Positions 8,517 through 17,600 of a stretch of 34,751 bases of DNA are shown here, piece after piece; position 1 is the first letter of the stretch; every line of letters starts with the position of its first letter. This stretch comes from a bacterium. GTDB lineage: Bacteria > Zhuqueibacterota > Zhuqueibacteria > Oceanimicrobiales > Oceanimicrobiaceae. The translations under genes were made by a program, and so were the position numbers. Location: the NCBI GenBank assembly GCA_046757165.1, contig JBHHXT010000035.1, forward strand, positions 1-34,751. Direction: 5' to 3'. The notes under the pieces were generated by a model. That model made no database searches, had not been told where the DNA came from, and worked only from the letters and a program-made list of their open reading frames with translations.

Positions 8517-8550
8517 AGCCCCAAATGCAATAAAGGCGGTGGAAGGACGT

Positions 8551-9693
8551 ATGTCAAAAAACGGTAAGATCAGAGTCTTGCAGCTCGTCGAAGGGATGAA
8601 CTGGGGCGGTGCAGAAACGAAACTGTGGGAGTTGATTGCCCACATGGATCGCGACCGGTTTGAAACCACCGTGTGCAGCCTGGGGATCGGTGACCGCATC
8701 AAGAACAAATTTGATGATTTGCGCGTCCCGTTCATCAGCCTGAAGCGTCGAAGTCGCATCGACCCCAAGCTGATTCTCGATGTGGCGCGTTTGATTCGTC
8801 GCGAGAAGATCGATGTGGTCATGACGACGCTGTTCTACGCCGATGTGGTCGGCGCTCTGGCGAGCGCGATTAGTCCCAACAAAGCCGTGTTTTCCTGGGA
8901 GACCATTTCCGCGCCGGAATGGTTGGTGAAACACCGGCTCCTGGCTTACCGTTTCTCCATGCGTTTTTGCAGCAAAGTGGTGTCAGTATCCCATGCTACC
9001 GCCAGGTGGCTGGTCGAGCAGCGGGGGTTGTCTGAAGATAAAGTCATGGTTATCCCCTATGGCGTGGACCTGCACACCTACAAACAGGGTAAGAATCCTC
9101 AGCTCCGGGCAGAATTGGGCATTGCGCCGCAAACAGCCGTGGTTGGCGTCATCGCGCGCTTGCATGAACAAAAGGGTCACCGCTACTTAGTGGAAGCGGC
9201 CAGGGCAATCCTGACAAAGTACGAGGACGTACAGTTTCTTTTCGCCGGCGATGGGGAGCTGCGCGATGAGCTTGAAAAGCAAGTCGCAGAGGCCAAGCTG
9301 GGCGAGCACGTGAAGTTTCTTGGCTTCCGGAACGATGTCAAAGAGCTGCTGCGAACCTTCGATGTTTTTGTCCTGCCATCGCTCTATGAAGGCTTGCCGA
9401 ATGTGATTTTGGAAGCGATGGCGACTGGCCTGCCCGTGGTCGCGACCTCCGTCGATGGCACGGTCGAGCTCGTCGAGGATGGCAGCACGGGCTTTTTGGT
9501 GCCACCGAAAGATCCTCGCGCCCTGTCAGATAAGATTTTACGCCTGCTCGCCGATACGGAGTTGAGAAAAAGCTTCGGTCGCCAGGGCCGCCAAAGAGTG
9601 GTGAACGAGTATTCGCTCGAATTGCAGGTGAATCATTTCCAGAATCTGTATGAGACTTATGTCAGGAATGGCAAGATGACCGGCAAGCATTAG
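8551..9693 (+). CDS. Glycosyltransferase family 4 (GT-B)
   Basis: GGAE near the N-terminus, ARLHEQKGH, FVLPSLYEGLPNVILEAMATGLPVVA. Start at ATG 8551 after GGAAGG (ORF track start 8509). Confidence 0.92.
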   Translation: MSKNGKIRVLQLVEGMNWGGAETKLWELIAHMDRDRFETTVCSLGIGDRIKNKFDDLRVPFISLKRRSRIDPKLILDVARLIRREKIDVVMTTLFYADVVGALASAISPNKAVFSWETISAPEWLVKHRLLAYRFSMRFCSKVVSVSHATARWLVEQRGLSEDKVMVIPYGVDLHTYKQGKNPQLRAELGIAPQTAVVGVIARLHEQKGHRYLVEAARAILTKYEDVQFLFAGDGELRDELEKQVAEAKLGEHVKFLGFRNDVKELLRTFDVFVLPSLYEGLPNVILEAMATGLPVVATSVDGTVELVEDGSTGFLVPPKDPRALSDKILRLLADTELRKSFGRQGRQRVVNEYSLELQVNHFQNLYETYVRNGKMTGKH

Positions 9694-9791
9694 TTGTTCA
9701 CATCTGAAACACTTGTTTTCCCTCGAACATCTCCCGACGCACGTCAAACTCAAAAGTCGCTCTAAATCCCTTAGAATTCAGAAAAAAGGAC

Positions 9792-9806
9792 TGGCACATG
9801 AATTGC
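9792..9806 (+). promoter_or_regulatory. Sigma54 (-24/-12) promoter
   Basis: TGGCAC-ATGAA-TTGC matches the TGGCAC-N5-TTGC consensus exactly. Intergenic, about 100 nt upstream of the ATG at 9909. Confidence 0.75.
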
Positions 9807-9908
9807 GTGTGCTTGTTATTACCCTGCCGTCACGCTGTGACAATTCCGTCGTAGGAGTTAATTATTGTTCACTATTTCCGATAATGGTTGTGACAGGGCA
9901 TAGAGCGC

Positions 9909-10649
9909 ATGACAAATAATGATCACAAGATAGCCGTCTTGATTCCGGCATATAACGAAGCGAATTCCATCGAACGCGTGGTTCATGGCATTCGAGCGAC
10001 GAATCCGGGGGCAGACATCGTCGTCATCAATGACGGCTCCTCGGACCGGACCGCGGCGCGGGCAGAAAAGGCAGGCGCAACGGTGCTTTCCCTGGCAGTG
10101 AATCTGGGGTACGGCGCGGCTCTGCAAACGGGGTACAAATACGCGGTGTTAAATGGATATGATTACACGGTGCAGATCGATGGAGATGGTCAGCATGACC
10201 CGAAATTCATCGGCGAGCTGATCGCTGCTCTCGAGAGCGGTTCGGACGTCGCCATCGGGTCACGCTTCCTGCAAAACCTGGGCACTTACGACAATCCTGC
10301 CATGCGGCAGCTCGGGATGATGTTTTTTCGCTTCTTGATCTATCTTTTCATAAAACGCAGAATCACAGATCCAACTTCCGGCTTCCAGGCGCTGAATCGG
10401 AATGTGGTTGAATTCTTTGCAAAAAGTCGACAGTATCCGGCAGATTTTCCCGATGCCGACATCATCATTCTGCTGCACTATGCTGGCTTCAAGGTCTCTG
10501 AGGTGCCGGTTATCATGTACAACAACGAAACGGGCAAGTCGATGCACAGCGGATTCAAGCCGATTTACTATATTCTTAAGATGCTGTTGTCGATCTATGC
10601 CGTTCTATTTGGAAAAGAGCAGATAGCGAATATCCACCATGCCTCTTAG
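9909..10649 (+). CDS. Glycosyltransferase family 2 (DPM1/polyprenol-phosphate glycosyltransferase-like)
   Basis: LIPAYNE, INDGSSD, NLGYGAALQTG, IDGDGQHDP, IGSRF, DPTSGF. Confidence 0.92.
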   Translation: MTNNDHKIAVLIPAYNEANSIERVVHGIRATNPGADIVVINDGSSDRTAARAEKAGATVLSLAVNLGYGAALQTGYKYAVLNGYDYTVQIDGDGQHDPKFIGELIAALESGSDVAIGSRFLQNLGTYDNPAMRQLGMMFFRFLIYLFIKRRITDPTSGFQALNRNVVEFFAKSRQYPADFPDADIIILLHYAGFKVSEVPVIMYNNETGKSMHSGFKPIYYILKMLLSIYAVLFGKEQIANIHHAS

Positions 10650-11046
10650 AGCTCAACTCATCATCATTCTGCTGAGTCTGTCTCTCTTTCTGTTCGTGCT
10701 CAATTTGCTCAGAAAGAGAAAGTTGAAAATCGAGCATTCCATCCTCTGGTTGTTTGTCAGTGTCGCGATCTTGACTGCTTCGATCTGGCCTGAGCTTGCG
10801 GATAGCGTGGCGCTCTTTCTCCGCGTTGAATATCCGCCGGCGCTTTTTCTCTCTGTCGCCATCTTCTTCTCTCTGGCGATTTTGATGCATTTTTCCATCG
10901 AGCTATCGAAACTGAAAGACCAGAACAAGAACCTGACTCAGGAGCTCGCGATCACCAAGAATCTCGTTACCAAGCTCACAACAAGGACCGACAAACTGAA
11001 TGACAGTCACGACGCTCACGAAAGAGAACACGCCGCTTTGGAATAG
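10639..11046 (+). CDS. DUF2304 family membrane protein
   Basis: Three TM segments, RKRKLKIEHSILW, YPPALF, C-terminal coiled coil LSKL...LTQELAI. Overlaps the GT2 stop, the usual GT2-DUF2304 pairing. Confidence 0.85.
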   Translation: MPLRAQLIIILLSLSLFLFVLNLLRKRKLKIEHSILWLFVSVAILTASIWPELADSVALFLRVEYPPALFLSVAIFFSLAILMHFSIELSKLKDQNKNLTQELAITKNLVTKLTTRTDKLNDSHDAHEREHAALE

Positions 11047-12037
11047 ATTTCTACAAAAACATCCCAACACCAACATGTACCAACTGCTGGGGTGGAAGAC
11101 AGTTTTTGAGAGCGTTTTCGGGTACACCCCCCACTATCTTCTCACATTGGATGCCAGAGGCGAGCCGCAGGGCATTCTGCCAATGTTCCTCATGAGCGAT
11201 ATTTTCAGGCGCAGATACCTGGTGTCGAATCCTTTTTCCAACTTTGCCGGCATTTGCGCCAATGAGTCGAAAAGCGAGGCGCTTTTGTTCGCTGAAGCGG
11301 TCCGGATAGCGCAAACCTGCCAGGTCCAGTACGTTGAGTTTCGCCAACTGCGAGAACCGCTGCACGGAGAGCTGCCAGTGAAGAAAAGCTTTGTGACCCT
11401 TATGCTGTCGCTCTCCAACGACCCGGAAGAGCACTGGCGCGCCCTAACCTCCCGCAATCGAAACAAGATAAGAAAAGCAGAGAAGAACGGCTTGACCGTC
11501 GACTTCGGCATGCAGTATCTGCCGGATTTTCATCGCGTTTATGCCATCAATCTGCGCCATCTCGGCACGCCGATCTTTCCATACAGGATGTTCGAGACCG
11601 TGGCGCACGTGTTCAAGGATCAGGTCGATCTGCTGGTGCTGAAGCGCAACGATCAAGTGGTTTCAGCCATGTTTCTATTCAAATTCAAGCAGACGATTTC
11701 GGAGCCGTGGGTGGCCTCGCTGAGAGAGTTCAACAAGATCTACGTCAACAACTATCTCTACTGGCAAGCGATCAAGTATGCCTGTGAAAACGGCTTCCAG
11801 ACGTTTGATTTCGGGCGCTCGACCGTTGACACCGGGACATACAAGTTCAAGCGGCAGTGGGGCGCTGAGCCGGTGCAACTGCACTATCAGTACTTCCTGA
11901 ATGTGGCCGGCAAGGTTCCGGTCGTGGACGCAAACAACAACAAATATCAGCAGATCATCGAGCTCTGGAAACGGCTGCCCCTGGCGCTGACCAAGTTCGC
12001 CGGGCCGCGCCTGGTACAATATTTGCCCGAGCTTTAG
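11000..12037 (+). CDS. FemAB-like GNAT-fold protein (XrtA/PEP-CTERM-system-associated type)
   Basis: RNKIRKAEKNGL, YAINLRHLGTP, NNYLYWQAI, FDFGRST, YKFKRQWGAEP, WKRLPL. Confidence 0.85.
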   Translation: MTVTTLTKENTPLWNRFLQKHPNTNMYQLLGWKTVFESVFGYTPHYLLTLDARGEPQGILPMFLMSDIFRRRYLVSNPFSNFAGICANESKSEALLFAEAVRIAQTCQVQYVEFRQLREPLHGELPVKKSFVTLMLSLSNDPEEHWRALTSRNRNKIRKAEKNGLTVDFGMQYLPDFHRVYAINLRHLGTPIFPYRMFETVAHVFKDQVDLLVLKRNDQVVSAMFLFKFKQTISEPWVASLREFNKIYVNNYLYWQAIKYACENGFQTFDFGRSTVDTGTYKFKRQWGAEPVQLHYQYFLNVAGKVPVVDANNNKYQQIIELWKRLPLALTKFAGPRLVQYLPEL

Positions 12038-12057
12038 AGGTGTTCTCAGCTAAGCTT

Positions 12058-12933
12058 ATGAAAAACATCCTGACGTTTGACATCGAAGATTGGTATCACC
12101 CCAATCTCGCCGACAAAGAGCTGCTCAACGATCTGCCCCTCGAAGACCGCGTTGAGGCGCCTACCTTACGAATTCTTAACATGTTAGATGAAACAAACAA
12201 CAAGGCGACCTTCTTCGTCGTCGGGGATGTTGTGGAAAAATTTCCAAACCTGGTAGCAGAAATGGTTCGGCGAGGCCACGAAGTTGGTTCTCACGGCCAT
12301 CGACACAATTTGGTCTATCAGGTTACAAAAGCTCAGTTTGAAACAGATTTGACTCAGGCCCTGAAAACGCTTGAAAAAATCACGAACCGCCGGGTGCTCG
12401 GCTACCGTGCGCCTTCCTGGTCGCTTGGCCAACGGACCCCATGGGCCTGGCACGTGCTGAATGAGCTTGGTTTTGCATACGACTCTAGTTTGTATCCATT
12501 TGAAACATTTTTGTACGGCGACAATGGGTCGCCGCGATTCGAGTTTCAAGTAGAGCTGCCGGATGGAGGAACCTTCAGAGAAATCCCTCCGTCTGTGGCT
12601 GAAGTTCTTGGCAAGCGTCTCCCGTTTTCCGGTGGGTTCTTTTTCAGGGTCGTGCCGTATGCACTCATCAAATGGGGGATTCGGCAGCATCATGCAGTGG
12701 GCAAGCCAGCCGTCATGTACCTCCATCCGTGGGAACTCGACGTCGACCAGCCACGCCTGAAGGTTGACGCCAGGAAGCGGTTCATCCTGTACGCGAATTT
12801 GGATAAGACGGAGCGCAAACTGCAGAGGTTGTTGCGAGAGTTCAGGTTCGTCTCGATCAGAGATTATTTGGGTTTAGATGACACGCTCCGTGGGTCCCGA
12901 GAAGATATTGTAACGACCCGCGAGGTCGCGTAG
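12058..12933 (+). CDS. Polysaccharide deacetylase (CE4, DUF3473/XrtA-system type)
   Basis: LTFDIEDW, ATFF, GHEVGSHGHRH, GYRAPSWS, YDSSLYP, SGGFFFR, YLHPWELD. Alternative GTG start at 12040. Confidence 0.9.
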   Translation: MKNILTFDIEDWYHPNLADKELLNDLPLEDRVEAPTLRILNMLDETNNKATFFVVGDVVEKFPNLVAEMVRRGHEVGSHGHRHNLVYQVTKAQFETDLTQALKTLEKITNRRVLGYRAPSWSLGQRTPWAWHVLNELGFAYDSSLYPFETFLYGDNGSPRFEFQVELPDGGTFREIPPSVAEVLGKRLPFSGGFFFRVVPYALIKWGIRQHHAVGKPAVMYLHPWELDVDQPRLKVDARKRFILYANLDKTERKLQRLLREFRFVSIRDYLGLDDTLRGSREDIVTTREVA

Positions 12934-14496
12934 ATGATGACAGGTTTGGTGTTGAAATATTTGCGTCCTTTGAGCAAGTACGAAAAACTGGCGCTGGCTT
13001 TCAGCGTCTTTATGCTCCTTGCGCTTTTTGCGGTTGGTTCCTTCCACAAAATGGGCGGCTACGGTGTCGAAACGGACTTTTACTGGGCCTACGCGCCTGA
13101 CGGGCAGAGGGTGTTGGATGGCGAGCTGCCTCGGGAGCCGGGGGTTGGGCCAGGCTATGCCCTGACCCTGGCAGTCTTCAACCTCTTTATCGGTGACTGG
13201 TTCACCACAGGCAAGACGGTCTCGATCTTGTCCGCTATTCTGTGCGGTCTATTGACCTTCAAGCTCTTCAAAACGTTGTTCAATGAGGAAGTCGCTTTCT
13301 TTACCCTCGTGCTCTGGCATGCAACGGTGCTGCCCTGGTCCATCATGGCGAGCACGGACTTGTTTTTTGCCTTCCTGGTTTCGCTTTCGATATATTTTCT
13401 GTTTAGAGATGGGAGTATCTCGACGCGCAATCTCGTGCTGAGCGGGATCGTCATGGGGATGACGTACTTGACGCGCCACAACGCTATCGTCTTGCCGCTC
13501 GGTGTGGCGCTGATTCTTCTTCTGATCAACCCGGAGTCCTGGAGCTTGAGGGTTCGTCTGAAGAGCCTGGCGTTGTTTGGTGGTGCGTTTCTGGCGGTCA
13601 ATCTGCCCTGGGGGTATCTGCAGTATGCTAGCAATGGCAGCGCGGTACGGAGTGACAGCTACTTGATCATCGCCAGCCATTTTTACGGCAAAGGGGGCGT
13701 GGTGTCCTCGGAAGATATGCGGTTGGCAGCGCAGAAGTTTGATTCCCTGAAATCGGTCATTGTCTATGATTTTGGTCATTTTGTCAAGCACTACGTTTCG
13801 AATCTCTACCATCATTTGTACCGTGTTTTGATTCACTCACTAAGGTTTCCGTCATTTCTTTTTGTGGGTGCGGGTGCGTTGGCGCTTTTTCCTCGACTCG
13901 ATAGAAAGCAGCTCTCCCTTTTTGTTTTCCCGGGGTTGAGCTTCTTGCTGCTCTGTTTGGTGCACTTCGAGCCGCGGTACTATTTGTACATCATTTCGTT
14001 TTTTGTTCTGCTCGTGGTCTATTTCCTGTTTCAACAGGATGAGTCTGTCAAGAACGGCTCAGGATGGTTGAAAGTCAGACAGGTTCGAATCCTCGTGTTT
14101 GCAGCCACCGCCTTCCTTCTTCTCCTGTCTTCGGTCAAGGAGATAAAGAAGAATATCAGCGCAGAGCCGAGGGAGCTGCTACAGATCGCGAGCGAATTAC
14201 GTCCGCGGGTAGAGAGGAGCGCTGCCATCATCGCTCGTAAACCACACGTGGGATTCCTGGCGGATCTCGAGACAGTTTATTTTCCGGAAGCGCACTCGCT
14301 GTCGGCGCTGCTCGACTATGCAGTGGCGGAAGAAGCTGATTACCTGCTTTATGGCGAGATGGAAGCACAGCGCCGACCAGAGCTGGCCATTTTGCTCGAT
14401 CCACAAAACGCGCCGGCCGAATTAGAGCCAGTTTATGTCCTGGACCATCCCAGAACCGTGGTCTACAAGATCAAGATTGGAAAGAGAGGGACTTAA
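12934..14496 (+). CDS. GT-C fold glycosyltransferase (ArnT/PMT_2, GT39/83-like), polytopic membrane protein
   Basis: About 11-12 TM segments, acidic ETD in the first external loop, PGY, STDLFFAFL, YLTRHN, EPRYY, and a C-terminal soluble domain. Confidence 0.75.
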   Translation: MMTGLVLKYLRPLSKYEKLALAFSVFMLLALFAVGSFHKMGGYGVETDFYWAYAPDGQRVLDGELPREPGVGPGYALTLAVFNLFIGDWFTTGKTVSILSAILCGLLTFKLFKTLFNEEVAFFTLVLWHATVLPWSIMASTDLFFAFLVSLSIYFLFRDGSISTRNLVLSGIVMGMTYLTRHNAIVLPLGVALILLLINPESWSLRVRLKSLALFGGAFLAVNLPWGYLQYASNGSAVRSDSYLIIASHFYGKGGVVSSEDMRLAAQKFDSLKSVIVYDFGHFVKHYVSNLYHHLYRVLIHSLRFPSFLFVGAGALALFPRLDRKQLSLFVFPGLSFLLLCLVHFEPRYYLYIISFFVLLVVYFLFQQDESVKNGSGWLKVRQVRILVFAATAFLLLLSSVKEIKKNISAEPRELLQIASELRPRVERSAAIIARKPHVGFLADLETVYFPEAHSLSALLDYAVAEEADYLLYGEMEAQRRPELAILLDPQNAPAELEPVYVLDHPRTVVYKIKIGKRGT

Positions 14497-14645
14497 GCGC
14501 TAGCGAATCAAAGCTTGCCGTTTTTTGGCAAAACTTTATTGAAAGATAGAACACAGATGGCGCGGATGAACGCAGCATACGTAAACATCTTGGGTTTCAT
14601 GGCAACAGGAAGTGCCGGAACACAAGCATCAGGAGAGTGATAGAC

Positions 14646-17600
14646 ATGAGTAAGTTCCAAAGCAGCCGCATTTCGGTCACCGTATTGCTGACCGCCATGT
14701 TTGCAGTCAGCTTTAGTACAGATGCTTTCCCGCAAATCAAGATTATGCCTTTGGGGAATTCGATTACGCGTGGCGTGACCGGCTCGACTGACAATGCCGG
14801 ATATCGCAACGATTTGGCGCAACTGCTCATCGGCGAAGGCATCTTTTTTGATTTTGTCGGTTCGCTCGTAGACGGCACCGGGTTCGATCCGAGCCACGAG
14901 GGGCATGACGGGTTTCGCGCCGACCAGATCTTGCAGAATATCAATACCTATCTCAACAACTCCAATCCAGATATGGTCATCTTGCATATCGGGACCAATG
15001 ATATTTCCAACGATCAAACGTCCGTGAGCACGCGTGATGACATCGCAGGAATCATCGACGCGATTCATGCCTTTGATCCGAGCATCAAAATTATTCTCTC
15101 GAGTATCGTGCCGCGCGACGACGAAAAGGATGCGCAAACCACGACTTTGAACAACCTGGTCGAAGCGCTTTTTTACACGAAGCGGGATGATGAGGGTCGC
15201 AACCTGTTCTATGCCGGGGCCAATGAGATTTTCAAACAGAATCCAACCTGGCAGACCGACTATCTCTCTGATAACGTGCATCCGACTGACGCCGGCTACA
15301 ACATCATGGGCGAGGTGTTTTTCAATGCCGTGATGGTCGCCTTCAACAGCACGACCACCGAGGTGACGGATAATTTTGAACGGTCCAGTCTGGGCATGAC
15401 CTGGGATGCCGATCCCGAATATGTGATTCAAAACGGTGACTTGGCGAACACCGCGACCAGCGGCGGGACCGATTGGGAGCAAATGGCGACCTACAAGGCG
15501 ATCAAGAATCCGACCAGCGTCGCCGTGCAGTGGGCGGCAGACGTGGACAATGCAGGTCTGACCGAGGCCGGCCTCGCCCTGCTCCTGGACGCACCTTCCC
15601 GCACTGCCGATGGCTACCTGGCCTGGATTACTCCCGGAGATAACCAGTTGCATCTCTGGACGATCAGGAACGGCGTCACCGACCAGGATCAACTGGTTGT
15701 GAATCCCCAGAGCCAGGCGTCGCCGCCGGCTGCCGGCTCGGTTCTCAGAGTTGATGTGGCGGTTTCGCTCAGCAACCTGCAATTCGACTACTATGTCAAT
15801 GATATCTTCGCCGGATCAGTGACGCTCTCCAATCCCGGCGTGACCGGCGAGCGCTATGCCGGCTTTATTTCGAAACACAGCTTGAGCAATGACATCGCGG
15901 AGTTTTCGTTGAAGAAAACCACCGACACCACGAAGCCCGACTTTGTCGACAATCTGGTCGCCAGCACACCGACCGCGACCACAATTACGTTAGGGTGGAC
16001 GGCAAAAGGTGACGACGGGAGCACCGGTCAGGCCTCGAGTTATGATCTGAGATTTTCGACCTTCAACATCAACGACGCGAATTTTGAGCAGGCCATCCCG
16101 GTAACCGGGGTTCCGGCGCCGGCGCTGGCCGGCACGCCGGAAAGTTTTGTTGTGACCGCGTTGCAACCGGGCACGCAGTATAATTTTGCCATCAAAGTGA
16201 TTGACGAGGCCGGCAATGTGTCAGATATTTCAAACATCGCCTCGGCCACGACAGTGGCTGGCAACGTTGTCGTGGATGATTTTAACCGGTCTGGGCTGGG
16301 GTCGAAGTGGACAACAGCTCCTGACTATACGATCGTCAACAATCAGTTGAGTAACACCTCTCTTTCCGACATCCAATGGAATGAGATGGCGGTCTATAAC
16401 GACCGCAAGAAGCCGACCGAGGTCTCCTTTAGGTGGGGGGATAACGCAGACGCAGGCGGCATTGACCAGGGTGGATTTCTCATCGTGTTCGGGACGCCGA
16501 GTGCGAATGCGAACGGCTATGCGATTTCCCGAAGAACCCAGACGAGCGAGCTTCGGTTGTGGGAGGTGGTCGATGGTGAGGTGACCAACGTCATCGAGAA
16601 GAATTCCTCCCCGGCCCTGTCCGCCCCGCAACCCGGCGACATTGTCAAAATACAGATCATCGGTGACGACGCGGCGAATAAATTTGATTTTTTCAAGAAC
16701 GGCGTCTTTGACGGACGAGTCGAGGACGTCAGCAAGATTCACGACCTGGGAGGGGATTACTGGGCCGGCGTGGCGCTGCGGGGCAATCGCAATAATGACC
16801 TCGATGACTTCACCATTCTGCTCGAGCTGGGCGCACCGACAAACTTTGTCCCGATCGCCGGGGAGGCGCAAGTGGACACCGTTAATCAGGAGCTCCCCAT
16901 TCCGTTGACGGTTCGCATAACGGATGATGCCGGCAGTCCCATCCAGGGCATCAACGTCAATTTTGCCGTCATCGCCGGCGGCGGCTCCGTCGATGTGGCA
17001 CCGCCGAAGGAGGATATCGTTCTGGAGGCAGAAAATGGTGTTTTGACTTCGCCCATGGTGTCCGCCACTGACGCTGCGGCTTCGAAAGGGGCTTATGTGC
17101 ATGTTCCTGACGGTACAGGGGGCGACGCCCAGAATCCAGGGATCGCCACCTACACCATCAACATAGAAACTGAATCCGATTACCTGATCTGGGGCCGTGC
17201 CATCTACCCGAATCCAAATGCCGACGCATTCAAGGTCATTGTGGACGGGGTGGCCTACAACTGGGACATTGGGCAGCGTGTTGGCCAGGATACCTGGCAC
17301 TGGGATGCGGTGACACACCGCGGCAGCGGAACGCCAAGAAATCCGGAAATCGATCCGGTGGTTCTGCACCTTGTCCCCGGTTTGCATACGATCAAAATTC
17401 AAGAGGCAAAGGATGGCGCCAAGCTCGACCAGTTCGTGATTACCAGGTTGAACTCAGGGTTCCTGCCGCCGGCCGACCAGGGTCCGGTGCAGGCCGGGGG
17501 CACGTTCACGGACGCAGATGGCCAGGCCTCGACCAAACTCAGACTTGGACCCGCGCCGGGCGTGAATCAAGTTCAAGCGACGGCCACCGGTTTTTCACCC

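Noticed and set aside
9713..9919. 68-aa intergenic ORF
   Set aside because: TTG start, no RBS, no motif, and it spans the sigma54 promoter.
14559..14616. Sigma54-like TGGC...GC motifs upstream of the first giant gene
   Set aside because: Spacing is GG-N11-GC, not the obligatory N10.
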